The notes under the pieces were generated by a model. That model searched no databases, was not told where the DNA came from, and was given only the letters and a program-made list of their open reading frames with translations. Below, piece after piece: positions 10,305-21,665 of a stretch of DNA of 64,000 bases. Both the position numbers and the translations under genes were made by a program. The first letter of the stretch is position 1. Each line of letters opens with the position of its first letter. Source of the DNA: an uncultured delta proteobacterium (GTDB lineage Bacteria; Desulfobacterota; Binatia; UBA9968); NCBI GenBank assembly GCA_963728565.1, contig CAVSLC010000021.1, positions 54,512 to 118,511 on the forward strand, written 5' to 3'.

Positions 10305-11768
10305 ATGATGAAAAGCGCTAACGATACGCTAGAGGAACTAGCCGGGCGCGAGTATAAATACGGGTTCATCACCGACATCGAGTCCGATACCGTACCACCA
10401 GGTTTGAACGAGGATATCATCCGGGTAATTTCGGCAAAGAAGAATGAACCCGAATTCATGTTGGAGTGGCGCCTAAAAGCATACCGGCACTGGGCTAAAT
10501 TAGAGAAAACCCAGGCCGAACCGAAATGGGCGATGGTTCATTACCCGGCCATAGACTATCAGTCGATAAGCTATTATTCAGCGCCAAAAAACAAAGGCGA
10601 TGCTCCGAAGAGTTTGGCGGAAGTCGATCCCGAACTTCTGAATACTTATGAAAAACTCGGTATTCCGCTTCGGGAGCAAGAGCGTCTTGCCGGAGTTGCA
10701 GTGGACGCAGTGTTTGACAGTGTTTCTGTGGCGACGACTTTCAAGGGAAAATTGGCCGAGATGGGGGTGATTTTCTGCTCTTTCTCAGAGGCCCTGCAGA
10801 ACCACCCGGACTTGGTTCAGAAGTATCTAGGGTCGGTGGTCCCCTACACAGATAACTTTTTTGCCGCTCTGAATTCCGCCGTTTTCACCGATGGATCGTT
10901 TTGTTATATCCCGAAGGGTGTGCGCTGTCCGATGGAACTGTCGACCTACTTCCGGATTAACGCCGCCGAGACCGGGCAGTTCGAGCGTACTCTGATTATT
11001 GCCGAGGAACGAGCGTCAGTCAGCTATCTTGAAGGTTGCACGGCGCCCATGCGCGACAAAAATCAACTCCACGCAGCTGTGGTTGAGTTAGTGGCTCACG
11101 ACGATGCCCAAATCAAGTATTCTACAGTTCAAAACTGGTATCCAGGCGATGCGCAGGGCCGCGGCGGTATTTACAACTTCGTTACTAAACGTGGCAAATG
11201 CCTTGGGAAGCGTTCGAAGATTTCATGGACTCAAGTGGAAACGGGATCGGCGATTACTTGGAAGTATCCAAGCTGTTTGCTTCAAGGCGATGATTCGGTG
11301 GGGGAATTCTATTCCGTTGCCTTGACCAATAACTATCAGCAAGCAGATACCGGCACCAAAATGATTCATATCGGTAAAAACACCAAGAGCACGATCGTAT
11401 CGAAAGGTCTCTCCGCGGGCCATGGACAGAATACCTACCGCGGCTTGGTCAAGATAATGAAAGGCGCCACCGGAGCGCGGAACTATTCGCAATGTGATTC
11501 GTTATTGCTTGGGGATAAGTGCGGTGCGCATACCTTTCCCTACTTGGAAGTTTTAAATAGTACGTCCCAAGTGGAGCACGAGGCATCCACTTCAAAAATC
11601 GGCGAAGATCAGCTGTTTTACTGCCGGCAACGAGGGATCTCCACCGAAGATGCGGTCAATCTGATTGTCAGCGGATTTTGCAAGCAGGTATTCCGCGAGT
11701 TGCCGATGGAGTTTGCGGTTGAAGCTCAGAAGCTTCTCGGCGTCAGCCTGGAAGGCAGCGTTGGCTGA
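10305..11768 (+). CDS. sufB: Fe-S cluster assembly scaffold SufB
   Basis: [57 protein letters not shown]. Confidence 0.97.
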   Translation: MMKSANDTLEELAGREYKYGFITDIESDTVPPGLNEDIIRVISAKKNEPEFMLEWRLKAYRHWAKLEKTQAEPKWAMVHYPAIDYQSISYYSAPKNKGDAPKSLAEVDPELLNTYEKLGIPLREQERLAGVAVDAVFDSVSVATTFKGKLAEMGVIFCSFSEALQNHPDLVQKYLGSVVPYTDNFFAALNSAVFTDGSFCYIPKGVRCPMELSTYFRINAAETGQFERTLIIAEERASVSYLEGCTAPMRDKNQLHAAVVELVAHDDAQIKYSTVQNWYPGDAQGRGGIYNFVTKRGKCLGKRSKISWTQVETGSAITWKYPSCLLQGDDSVGEFYSVALTNNYQQADTGTKMIHIGKNTKSTIVSKGLSAGHGQNTYRGLVKIMKGATGARNYSQCDSLLLGDKCGAHTFPYLEVLNSTSQVEHEASTSKIGEDQLFYCRQRGISTEDAVNLIVSGFCKQVFRELPMEFAVEAQKLLGVSLEGSVG

Positions 11769-11794
11769 ATAGCGGTCCGCTCGGTGGGTGAACG

Positions 11795-13027
11795 ATGACA
11801 AGCGAGATATACTTCGACAATAACGCGACCACCCGGGTCAGGCCTGAGGTCTTTGAGGCTATGGCCCCGTATTATGCCGAGTTCTACGGCAACCCGTCGA
11901 GCATCCACCGTTTCGGCAACCAAGTCAGCGAGCGCCTTAGCGAAGCCCGAGTACAAGTCGCAAGTTTGATCGGTGCCGCCGATCCTGTGGAGGTGATTTT
12001 CACCAGCTGCGGTACCGAGGGGGATAACGCGGCAATTCGCGGCCTGCTTGAGATGCGGCCCGAAAAGCGCCAGATCATCACTACTCAGGTTGAACATCCA
12101 GCGATTTTGGGGCTCTGCCAGCACCTTGAGAAGAAAGGCTACCGAGTCACTTGGCTTGGTGTGGACCAGGATGGAATGCTGGATCTGGATGAGCTGCGCG
12201 AGGCCTTAACCGACGAGACCGCTTTGGTCTCAATAATGTTTGCCAACAACGAAACCGGCGTAATCTTTCCGATTGAGCAAATCGGCGAGATCGTAAAAAG
12301 CAAGGGAGTCCCGTTTCACGTCGATGCGGTGCAAGCGGCGGGCAAGCTGGCTCTCGACGTAAGGAACAGTCCGGTCGATCTTATGACCCTCTCGGCGCAT
12401 AAATTTCATGGGCCCAAGGGCGTTGGTGCTCTTTACGTTCGGCGCGGCATAACCTTTCCGCCGTTTATCATCGGTGGACATCAGGAGCGCAGCAGGCGCG
12501 CCGGAACGGAAAATGTTGCCGGTATTGTCGGCATGGGCAAGGCGGCGGAATTGGCTCTTAAGAGTCAAAAGGAGGATTCAGCAAGGATCGGCGCTCTGCG
12601 CGACCAATTGCAGAATTCGTTGCTCGAATCCTGTCCGAACGCTCGGGTCAACGGCGACAAGGTAAAACGACTGCCCAACACCTTGAATATCAGTTTCAGG
12701 TATTTAGAAGGAGAATCGATTTTGGTGCTGCTTGATCAGCATGGAATTTGCGCCTCAACCGGTTCTGCTTGTACCGCCGGCTCCTCCGAGCCGTCGCATG
12801 TTCTGCGCGCCATGAGGACGCCAGCCGATTGGCTGCAAGGCGCGGTTCGGTTTAGCTTGAGCCGGTTTAATACAGAAGACGAGGTTCAATTTATCAACGA
12901 AAAGATGCCTTCAATCGTCAAAAGGCTAGAGGGACTGTCTGCATTGGGGAAATTGGCCATCCAACAACGGAATCAGACGCCAGGCTCAGACAATCCAGCG
13001 GCATCGGAGCAAGGGGGTAGGCTATGA
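11795..13027 (+). CDS. nifS: Cysteine desulfurase, NifS subfamily
   Basis: [54 protein letters not shown]. Confidence 0.9.
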   Translation: MTSEIYFDNNATTRVRPEVFEAMAPYYAEFYGNPSSIHRFGNQVSERLSEARVQVASLIGAADPVEVIFTSCGTEGDNAAIRGLLEMRPEKRQIITTQVEHPAILGLCQHLEKKGYRVTWLGVDQDGMLDLDELREALTDETALVSIMFANNETGVIFPIEQIGEIVKSKGVPFHVDAVQAAGKLALDVRNSPVDLMTLSAHKFHGPKGVGALYVRRGITFPPFIIGGHQERSRRAGTENVAGIVGMGKAAELALKSQKEDSARIGALRDQLQNSLLESCPNARVNGDKVKRLPNTLNISFRYLEGESILVLLDQHGICASTGSACTAGSSEPSHVLRAMRTPADWLQGAVRFSLSRFNTEDEVQFINEKMPSIVKRLEGLSALGKLAIQQRNQTPGSDNPAASEQGGRL

Positions 13028-13521
13028 GCCTGATGCAGATTCCTCGACGGGTGGACTACGGGTTGCGCGCGATTATCTATCTCTCAACTCAGGATCCAGA
13101 GAAATGCTGTTCAATTGCGGAAATTGCCCGGCAGCAGAATGTGCCCAAAAAGTTTTTGGAGAAAATCATTCAAGATCTTATGCGGCGTGGGTTGATCAGA
13201 TCTAAACGTGGCGCGTGCGGCGGCTATACACTCGCCCGGTTGCCGGATCAGATATCGTTTTATGACGTAATCGAGGCGCTTGAAGGGCCAATCGCGGTCA
13301 ATGTATGTATGAATGAGGAGCTCAGCTGCGATCAGCTGCCCCGATGCGCTATGGTGGGAGTTTGGAGCGAAATTCAACAGAAGGTGACGGAGGTGTTTAC
13401 CCGAACAACTTTAGCGGATTTACGGCGTACCCCATGTCGGGATAACTCTGAGCGTCTCTTCTCTCTCAAGCGCGGCGTAATCAGGTCCCAAACTTGGACA
13501 TGGAAGCAGGTCGTAACCTAA
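13024..13521 (+). CDS. Rrf2-family (IscR-like) transcriptional regulator
   Basis: DYGLRA, winged HTH with RGxxGGYxL, EALEG, and C-X6-C-X5-C cluster ligands. Confidence 0.9.
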   Translation: MSLMQIPRRVDYGLRAIIYLSTQDPEKCCSIAEIARQQNVPKKFLEKIIQDLMRRGLIRSKRGACGGYTLARLPDQISFYDVIEALEGPIAVNVCMNEELSCDQLPRCAMVGVWSEIQQKVTEVFTRTTLADLRRTPCRDNSERLFSLKRGVIRSQTWTWKQVVT

Positions 13522-13536
13522 AGGGAGGTGATAGTT

Positions 13537-13995
13537 ATGAGCTATGATACCGGACTAAGTATGGAGGAAAGGGTGACTTCGCTGTTCCAGCCGGACACTT
13601 TGATGCCAGAACAGTATTTGGAAACTTTCCGCCGGAAGCTTTATCTCGAGCCCGAGAAAAAGCTCTTGCTCGCGGTTCTTGAGGACGCCATTGCTTGCTT
13701 TCAGAAGTACCTGTTAGCCAAGGACGGTAAGGGGAGAGTTCTATTTCTCGAAGCCGAAGAATGGATTTTGGACGAAGATACCGATTGGCTTTTCTCATTT
13801 GCAAACGTTTGCGAGATGCTCGGTTTCGAGCCCAGTTATCTTCGCGACGGGCTGATGCACTGGAAAGCCGACAAGCTCGAGAGTCATTCCAAGGCCAAGA
13901 TCTATCAAATCGCCGCACGAACAACTCGCCAAAAAAGAGAAGTTTCAGCCTCGCGCAGATCGACTCAGCGAATGCGTAAAGCCGCAAGCCGTTAG
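13537..13995 (+). CDS. Conserved hypothetical protein (PEKKLLLAVLEDAI...FSFANVCEMLG type)
   Basis: Strong RBS AAGGGAGGTG before ATG 13537; globular core with basic tail; followed by a terminator. Confidence 0.8.
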   Translation: MSYDTGLSMEERVTSLFQPDTLMPEQYLETFRRKLYLEPEKKLLLAVLEDAIACFQKYLLAKDGKGRVLFLEAEEWILDEDTDWLFSFANVCEMLGFEPSYLRDGLMHWKADKLESHSKAKIYQIAARTTRQKREVSASRRSTQRMRKAASR

Positions 13996-14024
13996 CCGGC
14001 GGTTTCAAATAGGTTGGATAATTT

Positions 14025-14060
14025 AAGGCGGTGAATGCCCCGGGTGTTCACCGCCTTTTT
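14025..14060 (+). terminator. Rho-independent terminator of the Fe-S operon
   Basis: AAGGCGGTGAATGCC/GGTGTTCACCGCCTT hairpin followed by a T-run. Confidence 0.85.
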
Positions 14061-14113
14061 AGTGTGTCCGCCCTGGCTTGCAAAGCTGGGAGAACGCATT
14101 CATAACTCTTTCC

Positions 14114-15118
14114 ATGAAGCGTCGACGATCAAAAAAACGTTCGGCTCTAAGCCAATTTTTTTATAACCTGAGATATGGACTTGGCGCTTACGTTTTGCGG
14201 GTCTTCATTCTCGTACTGGGTCGGTTGCCGGATCGTATGGTGGTTACCGCTGCAACTTTTTGGGCGTGGATCACGCATAAGCTGCTGTGGAAGTATCGGA
14301 TTCGGATGGAGGAGAATATTGCTACTGTGGCCGGTGATCGTTTTCCGGACAAAGCTGAACGGAAGGCAATGGTGTGGCGCGTTTGGAAGAGCTTTACACG
14401 CGGGCTCTTTGAGGCCGGTGCTTTAATTGATTCTCCAAAGGAAGCAATTATTGCAAAAGTCCGAGTCGAAGGCGAACAACATCTGCGTGATGCCCTGGCG
14501 CGAAGAAGAGGCGTGCTTGCTTTAAGCGCACACTTGGGCAATTTCGCTATCATAGGCGCCCGGTTGGCCGCGGCGGGTTATCCGTTCAGTGTTGTAGTGA
14601 AACACCCAAGCGATGAGCAATTCGCACAGCTAATCACCAGATACCGGGCGCAAGTAGGAATTGACACAATTTCGGCTAAGCCGCGGCGGGAAGCGGCGCG
14701 CGGCATTCTCCAAGCGTTGCGCGAAAATCGAATCGTACTGGTCATTGCCGATGAGTTCAAATCCGGCGAGATCACAGTTGAATTTATGGGGCAAAACTTA
14801 CCTGCGCCCCGAGGTCCGGCGACTCTGGCATTGCGCGCCGGGGCGGTAACCTTGCCGATGTTTGCCACCCGCCAGCCCGATGGCTCAATCGTTCTTGCGA
14901 TTGGCCGCGCCATTAAAGCCGTGCGTGGAGAGAGCCTGGAGGAAACGATCACGGCAACGACGGCGCTATACACGCGCCATCTTGAGAAAGTTATTCTCCG
15001 TTATCCCGATCAGTGGAGTTGGCTCGGCTTTCCGCGAAAACGCAGAGTCGTGGGCTCCGGGATGTTGAATTTACGAGCATCGACAAGCGACGTAAATGTC
15101 AGTCGTGGAGCGTCGTGA
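14114..15118 (+). CDS. Lipid A lauroyl/lysophospholipid acyltransferase family (LpxL-like)
   Basis: SAHLGNF, V.FMG, RGPATLALR, YPDQWSW motifs. Confidence 0.85.
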   Translation: MKRRRSKKRSALSQFFYNLRYGLGAYVLRVFILVLGRLPDRMVVTAATFWAWITHKLLWKYRIRMEENIATVAGDRFPDKAERKAMVWRVWKSFTRGLFEAGALIDSPKEAIIAKVRVEGEQHLRDALARRRGVLALSAHLGNFAIIGARLAAAGYPFSVVVKHPSDEQFAQLITRYRAQVGIDTISAKPRREAARGILQALRENRIVLVIADEFKSGEITVEFMGQNLPAPRGPATLALRAGAVTLPMFATRQPDGSIVLAIGRAIKAVRGESLEETITATTALYTRHLEKVILRYPDQWSWLGFPRKRRVVGSGMLNLRASTSDVNVSRGAS

Positions 15119-15144
15119 TTGCTTGGGGGTCGGTGAGCGGGAGA

Positions 15145-15747
15145 TCACACTTTGGAGTCGAAGCCAGGGCTCAATATCGCTTTGTTCTCGGTTCGCTCCA
15201 GGTAACGCATGAACAGATATTTGTTCTCTAATTCGTCAAGCTTCAACGACGGCAAGGTTTTCGGCTGTCCGGGATCCACCTTAACCGCAATCAACGTGAG
15301 GCGGTTACCCTGCCATGCCTCGAGAAATTCCGCTCTAAACTCCGCCGGCGTATGGACCCAGCAGGCATGTGGGTATCCCGCTCCTTGGGCCAGTGACACG
15401 GCATCGGCAACGTGAGAAGCGGTTGCAGTACCGCCGGAGGCTTCATAAACCCCGTTATCGAAAAGCAGATGGATCAGATTCGGCGGATTTTGTAGAGCAA
15501 TGGTTGGCAGTCCGCACAGATTCATCAGAAAAGCACCGTCGCCGTCAATTGCGATGACTTTTCGATGGGGCAATGCCAAGGCGAGCCCGGCGGCGATCGA
15601 AGAGACTAACCCCAGTGTGCGTGTTTTGAGATTGCCGTCGCTGGGTCTAAGCGCCCACCACTCTCGCGCGCCCCATCCCGTGCACACCGTCAACGCGTCG
15701 CCGGTATCGCCGCCAATAACCCTCAGATAGTCATACCGTTGCATCAT
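15145..15747 (-). CDS. ThDP-dependent decarboxylase beta subunit (ComE/phosphonopyruvate decarboxylase-like)
   Basis: DGDGAFLMNL...DNGVYEASGG ThDP-binding motif. Confidence 0.85.
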   Translation of the reverse strand: MMQRYDYLRVIGGDTGDALTVCTGWGAREWWALRPSDGNLKTRTLGLVSSIAAGLALALPHRKVIAIDGDGAFLMNLCGLPTIALQNPPNLIHLLFDNGVYEASGGTATASHVADAVSLAQGAGYPHACWVHTPAEFRAEFLEAWQGNRLTLIAVKVDPGQPKTLPSLKLDELENKYLFMRYLERTENKAILSPGFDSKV

Positions 15748-16256
15748 TTCACTCCCAGCACGCTCTTGGTTAAGAGCACCGCAACCGGTCTTTTTGAATC
15801 CTCGGCGAGGACCGCCGCGCCGGCGATGGTTTCGTCGACCTCGTCAGTCCGGCGCAGGGTGTATGAGCGAATGCCCAACGCCTGAAGCACCGGTTCGGTG
15901 ACCGCGCCCAGAGTGGTAAAGCCGCGATCGCCGATATCGCCGGCATAGTAAATCAACAGCACAATCGGTATCTGAAACTGCAAACAAGTGGTGGTCAGGG
16001 CGTTGCAGCTGTTCAAGAAGCCAGCATTCTGCATGATGATCGCGGTTTTCCGCCCAGCTAAATAGGCGCCCGCACAGATGCCAATACCCTCTTCCTCGCG
16101 GCACAGCGGAATGTGCCGAAGCTCTGGATCGCTTTCGACCGTCCGAATCAAGTCAAGCATCTTTTCATCCGGCAAGGTGGCGACGAAATCAATGCCGGCT
16201 TGCTTGAGTCCCCCGACAAGTGCCAGCGCAGATCGTTTAGGATCCATTTTCTCCAT
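15744..16256 (-). CDS. ThDP-dependent decarboxylase alpha subunit (ComD-like)
   Basis: REEEGIGICAGAYLAG, MQNAG; 4-nt overlap with the beta subunit. Confidence 0.85.
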   Translation of the reverse strand: MEKMDPKRSALALVGGLKQAGIDFVATLPDEKMLDLIRTVESDPELRHIPLCREEEGIGICAGAYLAGRKTAIIMQNAGFLNSCNALTTTCLQFQIPIVLLIYYAGDIGDRGFTTLGAVTEPVLQALGIRSYTLRRTDEVDETIAGAAVLAEDSKRPVAVLLTKSVLGVK

Positions 16257-16402
16257 TAGACGAGACCTTTTCCATTAGAGATGGGTAAGTGCAGCCGATT
16301 GTCGATCATGTATCCGGATCTATGAACAGTGAGCTACACCGGGACGAGATACTGCGTGTCCTCACTCTTGTCAAGGTGGGCGGTGAATTGCCGCAGCCTG
16401 TC

Positions 16403-16430
16403 TTGACACAACCGAAGTAGTCCCTATAGT
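16403..16430 (+). promoter_or_regulatory. Putative sigma70 promoter upstream of pcm
   Basis: TTGACA, 16 nt spacer, TATAGT. Confidence 0.55.
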
Positions 16431-16556
16431 GAAGTCGCTTTCTGAAACATCAACTCCGCGAGCACTGCGTCGCGGTATCACTCAAAGCACGTGTCCTGTC
16501 GAGCTTGCAGTTTCCTCGATTGCCCCGATCCCGACGTGGACGAGGAGTGTCGTTGT

Positions 16557-17318
16557 ATGGCAGTGAGAAAGCTTGAACCTCGCTCTTCTGTCGGCCTTTA
16601 CTGCCTCTGTTTCTTATTCGTCGCATCATCGTCTTTAATGCTCGGACTCGAGGATTTAGCGCCGGGCGAAGATCCAGAAACGATCTTTCGCGAAGCGCGC
16701 CGGACCATGATCGAACGGGACATCGCCCGGCGCGGCATCAAAGACCAGCGACTCCTTAAGGTAATGGCGACTCTGCCGCGCCATCTATTCGTGCCGGAAG
16801 AAATGCGCTCCTCCGCCTACCACGACCGGCCGCTGCCGATTGGCGCTGGCCAAACCATCTCCCAGCCTTACATCGTGGCATTCATGACCGAGCTACTGGA
16901 ACTAAAAGGAGGCGAACGAGTTCTGGAAATCGGCACCGGCTCGGGCTATCAAGCGGCGGTGCTTGCCGCTTTAGCGGAGGAAGTTTTCTCCGTTGAGATT
17001 GTTGCGGGGCTTAGCGCTCGGGCCGAAAGGACTCTTCAGCAGCTGGGTATTCAAAACGTAAAATTAAGAGTCGGCAATGGTTTTCACGGGTGGGCAGAGG
17101 AGGCACCGTTCGATGCCATTATGATTACTGCGGCGGCAGCCAAAATTCCCTCGCCTCTCTGGAATCAGCTCCGTGAGGGCGGCGTCTTAATTATGCCGTT
17201 AGGTAAGGAAGGCCACACCCAGCAATTAATTCGCGCCAGAAAGATCGGCGGCCGACAGGTCATAGAAGAGCACAGCGCGGTTATTTTCGTACCGTTGACG
17301 GGCGGGACTCAGCAGTAG
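16557..17318 (+). CDS. pcm: Protein-L-isoaspartate O-methyltransferase
   Basis: PRHLFVP, GQTISQPYIVA, VLEIGTGSGYQAA, APFDAI.ITAA, FVPL; RBS GAGGAG before ATG 16557. Confidence 0.95.
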   Translation: MAVRKLEPRSSVGLYCLCFLFVASSSLMLGLEDLAPGEDPETIFREARRTMIERDIARRGIKDQRLLKVMATLPRHLFVPEEMRSSAYHDRPLPIGAGQTISQPYIVAFMTELLELKGGERVLEIGTGSGYQAAVLAALAEEVFSVEIVAGLSARAERTLQQLGIQNVKLRVGNGFHGWAEEAPFDAIMITAAAAKIPSPLWNQLREGGVLIMPLGKEGHTQQLIRARKIGGRQVIEEHSAVIFVPLTGGTQQ

Positions 17319-17652
17319 GGTCTTCGTTGACTAAATTGCGCCGGCCCTTGTCAGGGTTAGACTTGGGAAAACGGTAGATGATTTCGCCCGGACGCACCAG
17401 GTTCAGTTCCTCGCGAGCTAATTTTTCGAGATAGTGGTTGTCGTTGCGGATGCGTGAAACCCGCTGCCGCAAAGCTTCGTTTTCCTTCTGTAAACGATAA
17501 TTTTGCTCGTCAATTCTGCTTTTCTCGCCGCGTAACCGCCACAGATGAATCGCGCCGCGCTCACTAACGACCGTGACCACCGCAAGCAGTAAAATCAGAC
17601 CGCCTAGGAAGTAGAGAAGGTGACGTTGCGCAATGTGAAATGGTAATGTCAT
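17281..17652 (-). CDS. ftsB: Septum formation initiator FtsB/DivIC
   Basis: N-terminal TM helix, coiled coil, YLEKLAREELNLVRPGEIIY. Confidence 0.9.
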   Translation of the reverse strand: MTLPFHIAQRHLLYFLGGLILLLAVVTVVSERGAIHLWRLRGEKSRIDEQNYRLQKENEALRQRVSRIRNDNHYLEKLAREELNLVRPGEIIYRFPKSNPDKGRRNLVNEDPTAESRPSTVRK

Positions 17653-17664
17653 GGCCGGCGATAA

Positions 17665-19750
<2,086 letters not shown>

Positions 19751-20402
19751 TTGAGGCATTCTTCAGCTCTAACGCCATAAATGCTTCACCGGCGCCGTAT
19801 TCATTTTGCAATCCGAAAAGATCCGCACTTCTAAAGCCGAACCGGCGGTAATACTCAGGCTCGCCAAGCACGACAACGAATCCAGCGCCGAGACGCTCGC
19901 AGGCACGCAGGCCTTCACCGACCAGTTGGGCACCTAGGCCGCGTCGCTGCAGCGCCGGAACGATTGACAGCGGAGCTAGCCCCAATCCTGTTGAATTAGC
20001 TACGGACCCGGCGATCGCTACCTGACTGAACCCAATATGGCCGACGATTACACCAGCGATTTCCGCTATCAAGGATAGCCGTAGCCGTTGATGTTTGCGC
20101 AAAAGCTCGACGAGTCGCGACTCCTGGTCCGTCGGGAAGGCGGACCTAAGAACATGATCGATGGCAACTGCGTCGTTGGGCTGCTCGAGTCGGACAATGG
20201 CGTTCATGGACAAATAGTGACCCTCAGTCAGCTCAGAGCCTGAAGACAATCAGGAAGGCTCGTCGAAGCTGTAAGGCAGTGCTGATCTTTCACTCTCTAA
20301 TCGTAATCGTACATCCCTGAGGCTGCTGGAGTTGATATCGAAAGGATACGTATTCGGTATCTATAATCCGGTGAACGGACGATTTGTTCCAGGTGTCAGG
20401 TT

Positions 20403-20798
20403 TTACCATGTGCGATTGATGAATTTCGAATATGGCGCGCCGATCCTTTTTGCAAGGCCGCGCGGTGCTATGAAAATCGCTAGCCGCCCGAGTTTAAGCT
20501 GAGCCAAAGCGGCTTGCCTTCTTGATCTGCTTTCGCGCTCTCTTTATAAAACCTTTGGGCGTCCGAGGCGGGACGCCGGTAAGTAGACGTTCCTTTGACC
20601 ATAACGATCTATTCGTAAACGTCGCGATGGATGTTGAGGTAATCGCCCGGGCGGATCATTCGGCTCGGATTGGCGGGGAGGCGCCGTTCAGCGCAAATTT
20701 GTCGCCCGCTACCGCCTCAGCGGCGAGCGGCGCGTTGTGAAAAAGCGCGCCGCCCAAAGCCACTTGTCGATTCTGACCGTTTTGCTATGGCCAAACAA
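20403..20798 (-). pseudogene. hslR: Ribosome-associated heat shock protein Hsp15 (S4 domain), decayed
   Basis: Joined frames read VRIDKWLWAARFF..LAAEAVAG..NG..PSRMIRPGD..YE*IVMVKG..RRPASDAQRFYKES..RPCKKDRRAI, with several frameshifts and one in-frame TAG. Confidence 0.85.
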
Positions 20799-21537
20799 AG
20801 TTGGGCAAAGTGCTGTTCTCTAGCACCCGATAATTTGTCAGATCGACCTGTAGCGGAGTCACCGAAACATATCCCTCATGAACTGCCATGCAATCAGTGC
20901 CGTCTTCTTTGTCAAAGCCAAGGTCATCGCCGCCTATCCAGTAGTATTTGGCGCCCCGAGGATCGACACGTTCGATAATATTCTCACTGTAATGACGCTT
21001 CCCCATCCGGGTTAAGCGCCAGCCTTTGAGCTCGGATTTCGGCAGCGGCGGCACGTTCACATTGAGAAGGGTTTCGGGCGGAATACCCCCAGTCTCCTGG
21101 ATGCTCGAGACCAAGAAGGCGGTAAATTCTGCCGCGGCACGAAAATCAAAATCACGGAAGGTAACCAACGATACGGCAACTGACGGGACAGTTAGCAAGG
21201 CTCCTTCGATGGCGGCTGAAACGGTTCCGGAATAAATAATGTCATCGCCGAGATTAGGCCCTTTGTTGATGCCCGATACGACCAAATGGGGACGAACCGG
21301 CAAGAGGCCGGTCAACGCTAGTTTAACGCAGTCGCTTGGGGTTCCGTTGACTGCCAGACGCCGCGGCGCAACTTCTTGCACGCGCAACGGCCGATGGAGG
21401 GTCAATGCATGGCTCATGGAACTCTGCGCACGATCGGGTGCGACAGTGAAAATCTCGCCGACAGGGCGCAGCGCTTCTTCGAGGGCGATGATTCCTTCCG
21501 ATTGTATGCCGTCGTCGTTGGAGATCAGAATGATCAT
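20785..21537 (-). CDS. surE: 5'/3'-nucleotidase SurE
   Basis: ILISNDDG, GTPSDCV, SGINKGPNLG, YSGTVSAA, VSVTPL. Confidence 0.97.
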   Translation of the reverse strand: MIILISNDDGIQSEGIIALEEALRPVGEIFTVAPDRAQSSMSHALTLHRPLRVQEVAPRRLAVNGTPSDCVKLALTGLLPVRPHLVVSGINKGPNLGDDIIYSGTVSAAIEGALLTVPSVAVSLVTFRDFDFRAAAEFTAFLVSSIQETGGIPPETLLNVNVPPLPKSELKGWRLTRMGKRHYSENIIERVDPRGAKYYWIGGDDLGFDKEDGTDCMAVHEGYVSVTPLQVDLTNYRVLENSTLPNFVWP

Positions 21538-21665
21538 TGCACCTATGATGGCAAAGAAGCTCGACAGGGACAAGCATCTGGTTGATTGCCCTGGCGATTC
21601 TCAAGCTTGTATGACGTCAATCCGAAGGGTATAGGTTTCTAGGCGAACCAAGGAGAGTTTTACCT

